DNA of 63,161 nt, the filler included, from Octopus bimaculoides (lineage: Eukaryota), in assembly GCF_001194135.2 (NCBI RefSeq). It is 6 parts of 5 records of this genome, joined end to end, with 100 filler letters (N's around TTAATTAATTAA, not from the genome) between each part and the next. Parts side by side here need not be neighbours in the genome. Positions count along the whole stretch, not along the records: positions 1 to 22,589 come from NC_068996.1; 5 more parts are not named here. The stretch is one strand, 5' to 3'. Positions 1-11,674 of this stretch are shown here, in pieces. How positions within the stretch are numbered: position 1 is the first letter of the stretch; each line of letters begins with the position of its first letter. The translations under genes and the position numbers were made by a program. The notes under the pieces are model-generated. The model was not told where the DNA came from. It made no database searches and saw only the letters and a list, made by a program, of their open reading frames with translations.

Positions 1-193
1 ATATGCCATTAGACCTTTTCATTTTGATGAGATTGTAGTGACGCCATCGCGGTTGTAGGAGGTGTTGTGCATTTTAGACCTGGCGGAGCTCATCATTTCG
101 AGATCCTGCTCCTGGTGATTTCTTTCCAAAGAGTGAGGGAAGAGCTAGACGGGAACAAAATAATCAGAGGAAGTCCACTCTAGTCTTCATTGT

Positions 194-517
194 GAAGGCG
201 GACGGTTCTTAGGTTAGAGCGTCAGGCTTACAACCACGAGATAGTGAGTTCGTTTCCCGGACCGGGATGTGTGTTGTGTTCTTGAGCAAGACAGTTTAGT
301 TCGTGTTGTTCTAGTTACTCTCATACTATATAAACTAGTTGCTACGTTACTGTTACCAAGCTGTATCGGCCCTTTTGCCTTTCCCTTGGATAACATTGGT
401 GGCACAGAGAGAGAAGGCTGGTGCGCATGGGCAACTTCCATAAAACAACCTTGCCTGGGAGGGGAAAATTCTAGGTACAGTTCCATGGTCATTCATGACC
501 GAAGGGTGTCTTTAGCC
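194..517 (+). mobile_element. tRNA-head SINE, family E (local label)
   Basis: A/B-box-like head (GGTTAGAGCGTCAGG...GAGTTCGTTTCCC), body CTTGAGCAAGACA..., tail CCATGGTCATTCATGACCGAAGGG. A second copy lies inverted at 38031-38270. Confidence 0.75.
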
Positions 518-754
518 ATTTTTTTTTTTTAGTACTTCACTAGACATTTCTTTACCAAACCCAATAGAACTCGTCATTTATCTCAGAGAGCAAAATACTG
601 AACAATTACCAGAAACTATCGAGGCTGTAACGTTTCTGCCAATTAGCAAACTCCTATTCATCTATATTTGTACGTGTTTGTGCGTGTGCGCGCGCATGTG
701 TTTGTGTGTGTATCTTTATTGTTGTTGTTGCTGTTGTTGTTATTATTATTATCA

Positions 755-845
<91 letters not shown>

Positions 846-916
846 AATTAGAAGTCTTTTCCCTATGACTGAGGATGCATATGTAACAATATTTCCATAT
901 AATCCATTATTTTTCT

Positions 917-1275
917 GGTGGCTGTGTGGTAAGAAGCTTGCTTCCCAACTACGTCCCACTGCATGAAACTTTGGGCAGGTGTTACTGTAGGCTGGGGCTG
1001 ACCAAAGCCTTGTTAGTGGATTTGGTAGACGGAAACTGAAAAGAAGCCCGTCGTATATATATACGTATATGTTTGTGTCTGTGTTTGTCCCCTCTCATCA
1101 TTTGACAACCAACGATGTGTGTTTACGTCCCTGTAACATTAGTTGTTCGGCAAAAGAATCTGTTAAAATAAGTACCAGGCTTACAAATAATAAGTCCCGG
1201 GGTCTATTTCTTCAACTAAAGGCGTTGCTCCAGCATGGCCACAGTCAAATGACTGAAACAAATCAAAGAATAAAC
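917..1275 (+). mobile_element. tRNA-head SINE, family A (local label), with internal (TA)n
   Basis: GGCTGTGTGGTAAGAAGCTTGCTTCCCAAC...TTGGGCAGGTG...GGATTTGGTAGACGGAAACTGAAAGAAGCCCGTCG-(TA)n-...GCTCCAGCATGGCCACAGTCAAATGACTGAAAC. More than ten related copies occur in the window. Confidence 0.85.
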
Positions 1276-2165
1276 GAATATATCTATTGTATTTTATATA
1301 GATATATATTTATATATAGGTTTGTGTATGTATGTCTATGTTTGTCCCGCCCACTGCTTCTTAACAGTTGAATAGCTCCTCAATTTGGTTGTTCGCCGAG
1401 AATAAACCTATAAAATAAGGCTCTGAAGAATTATTAGTCTCCGTTTATTCAACTAATACCTTCTGTTGCGTTGCCCCAGCATGGCCGAAGTTTAGTAGCT
1501 CAAACAATTAAAAGAAATATATATATATTTATGTGTGTGTGTGTTTGTCTTTGCTTATCAGGTCTGTTTGACTTATTGTTACGAGCTCATTCTTATTTTA
1601 AGCTCCCAAATTACATTTGGCAATAAATGTTCTCTGTTCTTAATCGTATATGCATAAGTGTCACATGTGTCTGGAGTCAAGGAAGGACAAAGCTATGTGT
1701 GTGACGTGACTTGGTGCACAGGTGTTGACAGATATCCTATTGTCTGCGGTTGAAAACAAACCATGTTTTGTTCTTCATTGCATTTTGGTTTAAAGTGCAG
1801 AATTTCAACTCCATCAGATTACCTCCCTTTTTACTTCAGTGTCGGTAGCAACCTCACAATTGTTTGCTTTACTTCCTCTCTCTTGCGAGAGAGATAATTG
1901 AATGAATCGAGTATTTATTATGTACGGTATTTATTATAACAATCTCCGCCGTTGCACATAAGCCTAGGTAGTAATTCGTCTGAGCGAAATATCTAATAAT
2001 TGAGAATGTACAAACACTGGACAGCTTTTTGGCGCTATGACTGTTGTTCTGCATGAATTAGACAAACATGAAAAATGACTTGAACTACATCGCGTAAATA
2101 ATATACGCAATTTCAGTTTTGTATTTGGTTTGCAAGATTCTTTATATGAATTCGTGTGTTGTAGC

Positions 2166-2551
2166 ATATTTTATTGTGTCTGGAGAGAGTCATTCTCTTT
2201 TAGTGCCTCATTAGTTTAACACACTCACCAGTCCGATTTCCACTCATTTATATATTTGTATTTTACTAAAATTTTCGTTGCGTTTTACAACCTTTTAAAT
2301 AGTTGTTGACTCTGCCGGTTATTCGAGCTGCGTTCTTTCCTTATTTTTTCATTTTTGCGCATCAAAGTAAAAAAAAAAAAAGAGACTCAATTCTGGTGAC
2401 GACCAGAGTCAACGACTATTAAAAAGGTTGCAAGACGCAACGAAAATTTTAGTAAAAATAAATAGGTACATGAGTGGAAATCGGACCGGTGGGTGTGTTA
2501 AACTAGTGAGGCACTGAAAGGGAAGGTTTCTCCAAAGACAAAATAAAATAT
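2166..2551. mobile_element. Foldback/MITE-like element with ~148 bp inverted arms
   Basis: 2166-2314 is the reverse complement of 2404-2551 with scattered mismatches; spacer ~90 bp. Confidence 0.75.
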
Positions 2552-2682
2552 ACGCAATATTTTCCGGAAAGCTACCACGCGTGACTTTAGATGTTCTAGG
2601 AATTCTATTCCTAAACTGCTGTCGAGCGAATATACATACATACATACATACATACATACATACATACATACATTGTTGCTGT

Positions 2683-3078
2683 TGTTGGCACTCCGTCGCT
2701 TACGACGTCGGGGGTTCCAGTTGATCCGATCAACGGAACAGCCTGCTCGTGAAATTAACGTGCAAGTGGCTGAGCACTCCACAGACACGTGTACCCTTAA
2801 CGTAGTTCTCGGGGATATTCAGCGTGACACAGAATGTGACACAGAATGTGACAAGGCTGACCCTTTGAATTACAGGCACAACAGAAACAGGAAGTAAGAG
2901 TGAGAGAAAGTTGTGGTGAAAGAGTACAGCAGAGTTCGCCACAATCCCCTACCGGAGCCTCGTGGAACTTTAGGTGTTTTCGCTCAATAAACACTCACAA
3001 CGCCCGATCTGGGAATCGAAACCGCGATCCTATGACCGCGAGTCCGCTGCCCTAACCGTTGGGCCATTGTGCCTCCAC
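2683..3078 (-). mobile_element. tRNA-head SINE, family C (local label)
   Basis: Minus strand reads GTGGAGGCACAATGGCCC...GGTTAGGGCAGCGGACTCGCGGTCATAGGATCGCGGTTTCGATTCCCAG... and ends in (CAA)n. A second, gap-truncated copy lies at 26702-26931. Confidence 0.85.
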
Positions 3079-3426
3079 ACATACATATATGCATACATAC
3101 ATACATACATAAATACATACGTACATGCATTTATATGACACTTCTCTAGAGACTTGATGAGGTAGATACATCCTACGAGCTTACGAAACTTTAACTTGTA
3201 TGAAGCTGAGTCAAAATGTTAAATAGCTTATGTAAATACTACCAAATATATTGAGAGCTCCTTTCTTTCATTCATCAACTCACGCGTATGTAAGTTATGT
3301 GTGTTTCTCTGTCTTTCTGTGTGTATGTATATATGCATACATGTATCTATATGTGTGTGTGTGTCTATTTATTTCGCATGTGAGTGTGAGTATAAGATAT
3401 ATGTTTGCGTTTGTGTGAAAGTATTA

Positions 3427-3457
<31 letters not shown>

Positions 3458-3565
3458 TTAGGTACGAGTGTTTGTAATATGTCACTGTGTCACATGATCC
3501 AGATAAGAGTTTAAATATCTATGTCATTTGATAAGTGTTAACTATATATTCCATTTGTTCATTAG

Positions 3566-3642
3566 ATTACCCAGCTGAAGATAGACAATAATCCATTTGC
3601 TAAAGGATTCAGAGACAACGGAAGCGGCAAAAGAGAAAAAAA
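3566..3642 (+). CDS. tbx2/3: T-box transcription factor Tbx2/3 (omb-like), exon encoding the end of the T-box domain
   Basis: TTCATTAG acceptor and GTAAG donor at 3643. The 77 nt exon translates [25 protein letters not shown](K), matching the Tbx2/3 T-box C-terminus [26 protein letters not shown]. It ends in phase 2. Confidence 0.97.
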
Positions 3643-3952
3643 GTAAGAGGTGTTTTATTTGTTAATTTTTACATATANNNNNNNNNNNNNNNNNNNNNNN
3701 NNNNNNNNNNNNNNNNNNNNNNNNNNNNNNNNNNNNNNNNNNNNNNNNNNNNNNNNNNNNNNNNNNNNNNNNNATCATGCAGATACACACACGCCCATAC
3801 ATATTTTATATGATAATGGTACGCAATGTAATACAGATTAAGGCTATGTTATCTGTAAATCATAAAACGTAATCAATGCGTTTAATGACATAGAGAAAGA
3901 GAGAGAGAGAGAGAGAGAGGGGGGAGGGAGAGAGAGAGGGAGAGAGAGAGAA

Positions 3953-3987
<35 letters not shown>

Positions 3988-4131
3988 ACCATATCAAGTG
4001 TATCTATTGTGTTCTGGCTAGTGTATTGGTCACTTGAATTTAGAAACGTCAGTGTTAAAAGCCTATATGAATGTTTTGAATTATCATTTGGCCAACTGCT
4101 GCTGCTGCTACTGTTATTGGTGGTGGTGGTG

Positions 4132-4167
<36 letters not shown>

Positions 4168-4624
4168 TTACCACTACTGCTGCTGCTGCTACTACTACTA
4201 CTACTAATAATAATAATAAAAATAGTATTAGTAATAGTAATAATAATAATTACTATCGTTCCAAATTTTGGCACAAGGCCGGCAGTTTTAATGAAGGTAT
4301 TTAGTCGATTACAAAAGTACCAGTGTTCAATTGGTGCTTATTTTTGGAACCAACTAAAAAATAATAATGTAGATAATTCGAACTCTGACACAAAGCAAGC
4401 AGTGGTAGTGGTGGCGAGGAATAAGTCGAATAGATCGACCCCACTACTACTACTACTACTACCACCACCACCACCACCACCACCACTAATCGATTAGTAC
4501 TTTATTTTATATACCATTGAAAGATGTAAGGGAACGTGGGTCTCAACACGATTTGAACTCTGAGCTCAAAGAGGTGAAAGACTTGCCGTAAAGCTTACTA
4601 ACGATTCTACTTTCTCACCACCTT

Positions 4625-4765
4625 AGGGATACTAATATTCCACCGAGGTCGACTTAGTTTTTCATCCTTTCAGGGTCGATAAATTAAGTACCAGTTGCAA
4701 ACTGGGATCGATGTAATCGACTGGCCTACTCCCTCCAAAACTTCGAGATTTGTGCCTAGAGTAGA
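4625..4765 (+). mobile_element. SINE family B (local label), partial
   Basis: CCGAGGTCGACTT...TCATCCTTTCAGGGTCGATAAATTAAGTACCAGTTG...GATGTAATCGACTGG shared with copies at 25958, 45540 and others. Confidence 0.75.
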
Positions 4766-4834
4766 AACGCATATGCAATAGCTGTTGTTGTTGTTGTTGT
4801 TGCAGTCGTTGTTACCCTAATCGTTGGTATTGTT

Positions 4835-4891
<57 letters not shown>

Positions 4892-4897
4892 ACAGCA

Positions 4898-4960
<63 letters not shown>

Positions 4961-5036
4961 ATAGTAGTAGTAGTAGTAGTAGTTGTTGTTGTTGTCGTTG
5001 TTAATATCATTGTGTTTATGATTTTATTCCGTCTAG

Positions 5037-5188
5037 ACGTATGATGATGCATTCTCAACAAAAGAGCGTTATACCACCGTCAGCAAACATAAGCGAAGAA
5101 TTACAAAGCGACGAAGACGATTCTGAAAATATGGAGATTTGCGTTGATGACAGACCACACAGACCTGACGATGTTCCAAACACTTCTG
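5037..5188 (+). CDS. tbx2/3: Tbx2/3 internal exon (post-T-box acidic linker)
   Basis: Acceptor TTTTATTCCGTCTAG. AA+A completes a Lys codon in frame with the previous exon, then RMMMHSQQKSVIPPSANISEELQSDEDDSENMEICVDDRPHRPDDVPNTS. GTCAGT donor at 5189, phase 1. Confidence 0.88.
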
Positions 5189-5777
5189 GTCAGTGCAGCA
5201 GTTTTTATCCTATTTGTTTCTTTGGGCGAAGTGTGGGGTCGTGTATCATGAGGGTACAATATTCCATCTTTTGATTTTATCCATTCATTCATTGATTCAT
5301 TCAATCATTGAGGCTTCATTCTGTCTCTGTTTTTCTTTTTTTCTTTTTTTTTTAAATCTGTCATTCTGACTTCAATTCAATCGTTTATTCTCTCGAATAT
5401 TTTGTTTGTTTGTTTATCAGTATTATCATTGTTATTCAGTGATAGCTTCACTTAATCATTGTCTCATTTTATTCATTGGCACTCTTCATATATTTATTCT
5501 TGTCTTCGTTTTCCCGTTCTTTTACTTAATTCGTCTGCCATTCATTAATTTATTTTATCATTCGTTTAAATGAATCATATTCTTTTTTCTTTCAGTTTTT
5601 AGTCATACACTTATTCCTTCTGACACGCATATATTCAAATTTAATCAGTCGTTCAGTTACTTACTCTTACATTGGTCTTCTCATTCATTTAAATATTCAT
5701 TGAAATACTTGTCTGCAACTCATTCATTTACTTTATTTAAACTTGAGTTTAGCTTTTAGCTTTTACTTGTTACACTC

Positions 5778-5965
5778 ACTAGACTGCGGTCATGCAGGGA
5801 TACACCGCTTTGAAGGGTTTAGTCAAATAAATTGAACCTAGTAATTCTTTTCTAGTTTTAGAAGTCTGGTACTTGTACTATATCGGACGCTTTTATCGAA
5901 CCACTAAGATACTGGAACATAGAGAAATCAACACCATTTGTCGAGTGGATAATTGGGGACAAACG
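5778..5965 (-). mobile_element. SINE family A 3' half, degenerate
   Basis: Similar to the reverse complement of the family A tail (GACTGCGGTCATGC...CGAACCACTAAG...GGGGACAAAC). Confidence 0.6.
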
Positions 5966-7201
5966 CACACACACACACACACACACCACGCACACGCACA
6001 ACCCGCACGCCACTTATGTATGAGGATAGTATCTATCCAATATACTGCTTTGAGGGTACCAAATTATTGTTACACTAGTGTTATACCAAGTGCAATAAGT
6101 GGGTGCGGGGTAAAAGTTGTTTTTTTTTTAATCCTAAATTTATATAGCGATAAGAAAATGGAGGGGAATATGAGATACTCATCAACTTGCAGACACTAAC
6201 GGAATATAGTGTCTGCAAGNNNNNNNNNNNNNNNNNNNNNNNNNNNNNNNNNNNNNNNNNNNNNNNNNNNNNNNNNNNNNNNNNNNNNNNNNNNNNNNNN
6301 NNNNNNNNNNNNNNNNNNNNNNNNNNNNNNNNNNNNNNNNNNNNNNNNNNNNNNNNNNNNNNNNNNNNNNNNNNNNNNNNNNNNNNNNNNNNNNNNNNNN
6401 NNNNNNNNNNNNNNNNNNNNNNNNNNNNNNNNNNNNNNNNNNNNNNNNNNNNNNNNNNNNNNNNNNNNNNNNNNNNNNNNNNNNNNNNNNNNNNNNNNNN
6501 NNNNNNNNNNNNNNNNNNNNNNNNNNNNNNNNNNNNNNNNNNNNNNNNNNNNNNNNNNNNNNNNNNNNNNNNNNNNNNNNNNNNNNNNNNNNNNNNNNNN
6601 NNNNNNNNNNNNNNNNNNNNNNNNNNNNNNNNNNNNNNNNNNNNNNNNNNNNNNNNNNNNNNNNNNNNNNNNNNNNNNNNNNNNNNNNNNNNNNNNNNNN
6701 NNNNNNNNNNNNNNNNNNNNNNNNNNNNNNNNNNNNNNNNNNNNNNNNNNNNNNNNNNNNNNNNNNNNNNNNNNNNNNNNNNNNNNNNNNNNNNNNNNNN
6801 NNNNNNNNNNNNNNNNNNNNNNNNNNNNNNNNNNNNNNNNNNNNNNNNNNNNNNNNNNNNNNNNNNNNNNNNNNNNNNNNNNNNNNNNNNNNNNNNNNNN
6901 NNNNNNNNNNNNNNNNNNNNNNNNNNNNNNNNNNNNNNNNNNNNNNNNNNNNNNNNNNNNNNNNNNNNNNNNNNNNNNNNNNNNNNNNNNNNNNNNNNNN
7001 NNNNNNNNNNNNNNNNNNNNNNNNNNNNNNNNNNNNNNNNNNNNNNNNNNNNNNNNNNNNNNNNNNNNNNNNNNNNNNNNNNNNNNNNNNNNNNNNNNNN
7101 NNNNNNNNNNNNNNNNNNNNNNNNNNNNNNNNNNNNNNNNNNNNNNNNNNNNNNNNNNNNNNNNNNNNNNNNNNNNNNNNNNNNNNNNNNNNNNNNNNNN
7201 N

Positions 7202-7235
<34 letters not shown>

Positions 7236-8169
7236 TGTATGTATGTACATATATACATAGATCTTCCGAAGAGCGGAAACGTGAGACTTGCAGAACCGAC
7301 TTTTGAAGTTTTCAATTTCCAAGTCTCCAAATGTATAAAAATAACTCTAGTTAGAACCCCTCATTCCACTCTTTTATTCGAATTGATTCTCTCCGTGTGC
7401 ACATTGCTAAAGTGACACACAACAAAGTCACATACACGCGCATACACACATGCATGCACAAACTCACACGTGTGGGTTCGTGTATTTTGTGCATGCACAC
7501 ACACACTCACAAACACACACACACACACACACACATGTCTGTGTGACAGTATGTGTGTGTGTGTGTTTGCTTGTCTGTGTGTGAATGTCTGTGTCAGCGT
7601 GCGTGTGTGTGTGTGCATGTATACCCACTGACAGAGGGTCAATTGATAAGCTCTCAGACACTTAGTACAAAGCCACTGAAATCCGCCATGCGGCGCGTTG
7701 TTAGTACGGTGAATGGGCAAGGCGGTAATTAAAAGCTAACCATCGTAAAAGGCCATTGTCACAGAAACCATACAACACGCACTGTTTCGGCACCGTCTCC
7801 GCCCACTTTGCTCCTTCTAATTCTGACTGGAGTTACTCTCCTTTTTTCTTTTTTATTTTTCGTGGGCNNNNNNNNNNNNNNNNNNNNNNNNNNNNNNNNN
7901 NNNNNNNNNNNNNNNNNNNNNNNNNNNNNNNNNNNNNNNNNNNNNNNNNNNNNNNNNNNNNNNNNNNNNNNNNNNNNNNNNNNNNNNNNNNNNNNNNNNN
8001 NNNNNNNNNNNNNNNNNNNNNNNNNNNNNNNNNNNNNNNNNNNNNNNNNNNNNNNNNNNNNNNNNNNNNNNNNNNNNNNNNNNNNNNNNNNNNNNNNNNN
8101 NNNNNNNNNNNNNNNNNNNNNNNNNNNNNNNNNNNNNNNNNNNNNNNNNNNNNNNNNNNNNNNNNNNNN

Positions 8170-8209
<40 letters not shown>

Positions 8210-8625
8210 ATACGTATATATATATATATATATATAATGTATATATGAATACGTTTGTATTTATGTACATATATGTAAATACACACTCTCACACACATAT
8301 ATACTCTGTGTGCGTGTCTGTATAAAAACTCCATATATAAAATTTTATTTTATTCATTATATATTAAATACACACAGATACGCACGCACACACAAACACA
8401 TACATACACATACATACATACATACATACATACATACATACATACAGGCACGCATACATGAATGCACACATATTTATGAGTCAACACATACAAAAAAAAA
8501 AAGGTGTATATATGTTCGTTTTTTCTGTATTTAACTTATAGTTAAATCGTTATCTTCCTTTTTCGCCTCATCTTGTTTCATGTTTTATGTTTCATTCGGA
8601 TATTCTCTCTTCTCCCTCTTTCTCT

Positions 8626-8664
<39 letters not shown>

Positions 8665-9057
8665 TTCCACCTCGGTCTTGTTTTTTCGTCCCCTCCCCTT
8701 TTCTCGTAACAGGTGCAATTTCTCTCAGTGTGTTCGCATTGCGCTCACTTCTCTGTTACATTCTGCGTTCTTGCTTTGTTGTCGCCAATGATATTGCTAT
8801 TGTAGGATTAATTATTGTTACATTATAGTTCTTGTTATTGGTGATTGCGTTTTTTATTCATTTATTTGTTGTTATTGTTGTTCGTATATTCCTTCCGATT
8901 TTATAATTCTTCCGTTACTGCTTAGTTTTGCGATGCTGCTAACATCTTGACAAATTATACACGACATGGTTCAGTTTGATCACTAGTGTCCCATAGCGAC
9001 ATCTTGGAGGGCCGCATGGTTCAAATACGTTTTGCGTATTCATTTCCTTATTTCAGT

Positions 9058-9420
9058 CATTTCACTGCTGCCATGCTGGAGCACTACCTTAAGGGGTTTT
9101 AGTTCAACAAATCGACCCCAGAACGTATTCTAAGCCTAGTACTTATTCTATCGGTCTCTTTTGCTGAACTAAGTTACGGGCTCGTAAACACACTAAATTC
9201 GGTTGTGAAGCGATGGTAGAAGGGGACAAACTCAGATACAAACACACAAATATATACTTGTATATACATATATACGACGGGCTTCTTTCAGTTTCCGTCT
9301 GCCAAATCCACTCACAAAGTTTTGGTCGGTCTGAGGCTATGGTAGAAGACACTTGCCCAAGGTTCCAGGCAGAGGGACTGAACACAGAACCATGTGGTTG
9401 TGAAGCAATTTCCTTACCAA
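9058..9420 (-). mobile_element. SINE family A, near full length
   Basis: Reverse complement of both the head and the tail of family A, with an internal (TA/CA) tract. Confidence 0.85.
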
Positions 9421-9490
9421 CTTTTTATAAATCAGCTTCTCTGAAAAAACTTGGGTAGCTTAACATCTTACTATTTTTCTATTCAGTAAC

Positions 9491-9543
<53 letters not shown>

Positions 9544-9906
9544 CAGACAGCATCATCTGCAGAATGTGTCTCTCACGCCAATATTATTTTGTAAGTTGCA
9601 TGTCTCTTGTCAGCATCTACGTACCGTATCTGTCCAATCAACATTTAAACACAATAAATGTAAAAATTGTCCTGTCAATACAAACAAACCTTATCTTTTA
9701 AGCCAATATCTATACAGTGTCTCTGTCCAGTTAACATAAATGTATGCGGGTATACAGTATCTATCAAGTTAATAACCTTGTACTATATTTTCATCAAGTC
9801 AATATCTGTACACTGTATTTGATATGTCAAGGTTTACAGCCTGCATCTTTTCAATCAATATCTAAAGTCTGCCGTGCCTATCCTGTTAGAGCCTATACAC
9901 AGTATA

Positions 9907-9948
<42 letters not shown>

Positions 9949-10929
9949 TATATATATATANNNNNNNNNNNNNNNNNNNNNNNNNNNNNNNNNNNNNNNN
10001 NNNNNNNNNNNNNNNNNNNNNNNNNNNNNNNNNNNNNNNNNNNNNNNNNNNNNNNNNNNNNNNNNNNNNNNNNNNNNNNNNNNNNNNNNNNNNNNNNNNN
10101 NNNNNNNNNNNNNNNNNNNNNNNNNNNNNNNNNNNNNNNNNNNNNNNNNNNNNNNNNNNNNNNNNNNNNNNNNNNNNNNNNNNNNNNNNNNNNNNNNNNN
10201 NNNNNNNNNNNNNNNNNNNNNNNNNNNNNNNNNNNNNNNNNNNNNNNNNNNNNNNNNNNNNNNNNNNNNNNNNNNNNNNNNNNNNNNNNNNNNNNNNNNN
10301 NNNNNNNNNNNNNNNNNNNNNNNNNNNNNNNNNNNNNNNNNNNNNNNNNNNNNNNNNNNNNNNNNNNNNNNNNNNNNNNNNNNNNNNNNNNNNNNNNNNN
10401 NNNNNNNNNNNNNNNNNNNNNNNNNNNNNNNNNNNNNNNNNNNNNNNNNNNNNNNNNNNNNNNNNNNNNNNNNNNNNNNNNNNNNNNNNNNNNNNNNNNN
10501 NNNNNNNNNNNNNNNNNNNNNNNNNNNNNNNNNNNNNNNNNNNNNNNNNNNNNNNNNNNNNNNNNNNNNNNNNNNNNNNNNNNNNNNNNNNNNNNNNNNN
10601 NNNNNNNNNNNNNNNNNNNNNNNNNNNNNNNNNNNNNNNNNNNNNNNNNNNNNNNNNNNNNNNNNNNNNNNNNNNNNNNNNNNNNNNNNNNNNNNNNNNN
10701 NNNNNNNNNNNNNNNNNNNNNNNNNNNNNNNNNNNNNNNNNNNNNNNNNNNNNNNNNNNNNNNNNNNNNNNNNNNNNNNNNNNNNNNNNNNNNNNNNNNN
10801 NNNNNNNNNNNNNNNNNNNTTTTTTTTTTTTTTTTGTAAGCTTATTCTACAGGCATCTTTTGCGGAACCGCTATTTTGCAGGTATATAAGCACACCAACG
10901 CCAGTTGGGGCCAAATACAGTCACAGACA

Positions 10930-11155
10930 CACACATACAAACTGCTATAGACACAAGGCCTGAAATTTGGGGGATGGAGCTAGTCGATTATATAGACAGA
11001 CCCCCAGCAGTGTTCCACTGGTACTTATTTCATCATCTCCGAAAGAATGAAATGCAAAGTCGATCACAGCGGAATTTTGAACTTGGAACATAAAGATGGA
11101 CGAAATACCGCTTAGCATTGTGTCCGGCGTGCTAACGATTCTGCCAGCTCGCCAA
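10930..11155 (-). mobile_element. SINE family B
   Basis: Minus strand GGCGAGCTGGCAGAATCGTTAGCACGCCGGACACAATGCTAAGCGGTATTTCGTC... matches the family B head. Confidence 0.8.
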
Positions 11156-11251
11156 CTAGATATTGTGTGTGCATGGGTGTGGTTGTGTAGGAACAGTTAT
11201 CTAAATATTCCCTAATACCAATCTTTGCATTGTAGTACACTGTATAGGGGC

Positions 11252-11612
11252 AGGTGTGCCTGTATGGTAAGAAGTTTGCATACCAACTACATGGCTCCAT
11301 GTTCTGTCCCACTGTTTCACTGCCTGTCCTTAGACATAGGCTCCAAAACACCAAAGCCTTGTGAGTGGATTTGTTAGACGGAAACTGAAAGAAGCTCATC
11401 GTATACAGGTGTGTGTCTGTGTCTTTGTGTATGTACTTGTCCCCTTACCACTGTTTGACAACTAGTGTTGGCGTGTTTGCGTCACCGCATCTCAGCAATT
11501 CGGCAAAAGAAACCGACTGAATAAACTAGGCTTTAACAAAATAAGTTCTGAGTTCGATTTCTTCAACTAAAACCCTTCAGAGTGGTGCCTCAGCATGACC
11601 GCAGTTTGAACG
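11252..11612 (+). mobile_element. SINE family A, near full length, ending ~60 nt before the last Tbx2/3 exon
   Basis: Head GTATGGTAAGAAGTTTGCATACCAAC..., tail CCTTCAGAGTGGTGCCTCAGCATGACCGCAG. Confidence 0.8.
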
Positions 11613-11674
11613 GTATAATGTAATGTAAAACTCGATGAATATTTTCAAATGCTTCTTTTTTTTTTTTTTTTCAG

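Noticed and set aside
654-966. Poly-Ile, poly-Thr, YI/CV/HT-repeat ORFs throughout the window
   Set aside because: These are translations of microsatellites with no coding evidence.
2990-3078. tRNA-like sequences in SINE heads as tRNA genes
   Set aside because: A/B boxes are present, but there is no complete cloverleaf and they continue into repeat bodies.
3145-3205. TTGATGA...CGAAAC as a hammerhead
   Set aside because: The first box is not CUGANGA, stem II does not close next to GAAA, and there is no stem III or NUH.
5189-5274. In-frame extension of the 5041 ORF past the donor site
   Set aside because: A GTCAGT donor at 5189 is phase-compatible with the 11675 exon; the extension is intron read-through with no supporting evidence.
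6081-7330. Long ORFs in the track (413, 382, 365 aa and similar at 10, 37, 41, 53-55 kb)
   Set aside because: They are open only because they run through N gaps.
11635-11674. Start MNIFKCFFFFFFS of the 467 aa ORF as a separate gene start
   Set aside because: This is the polypyrimidine tract and acceptor of the last intron.
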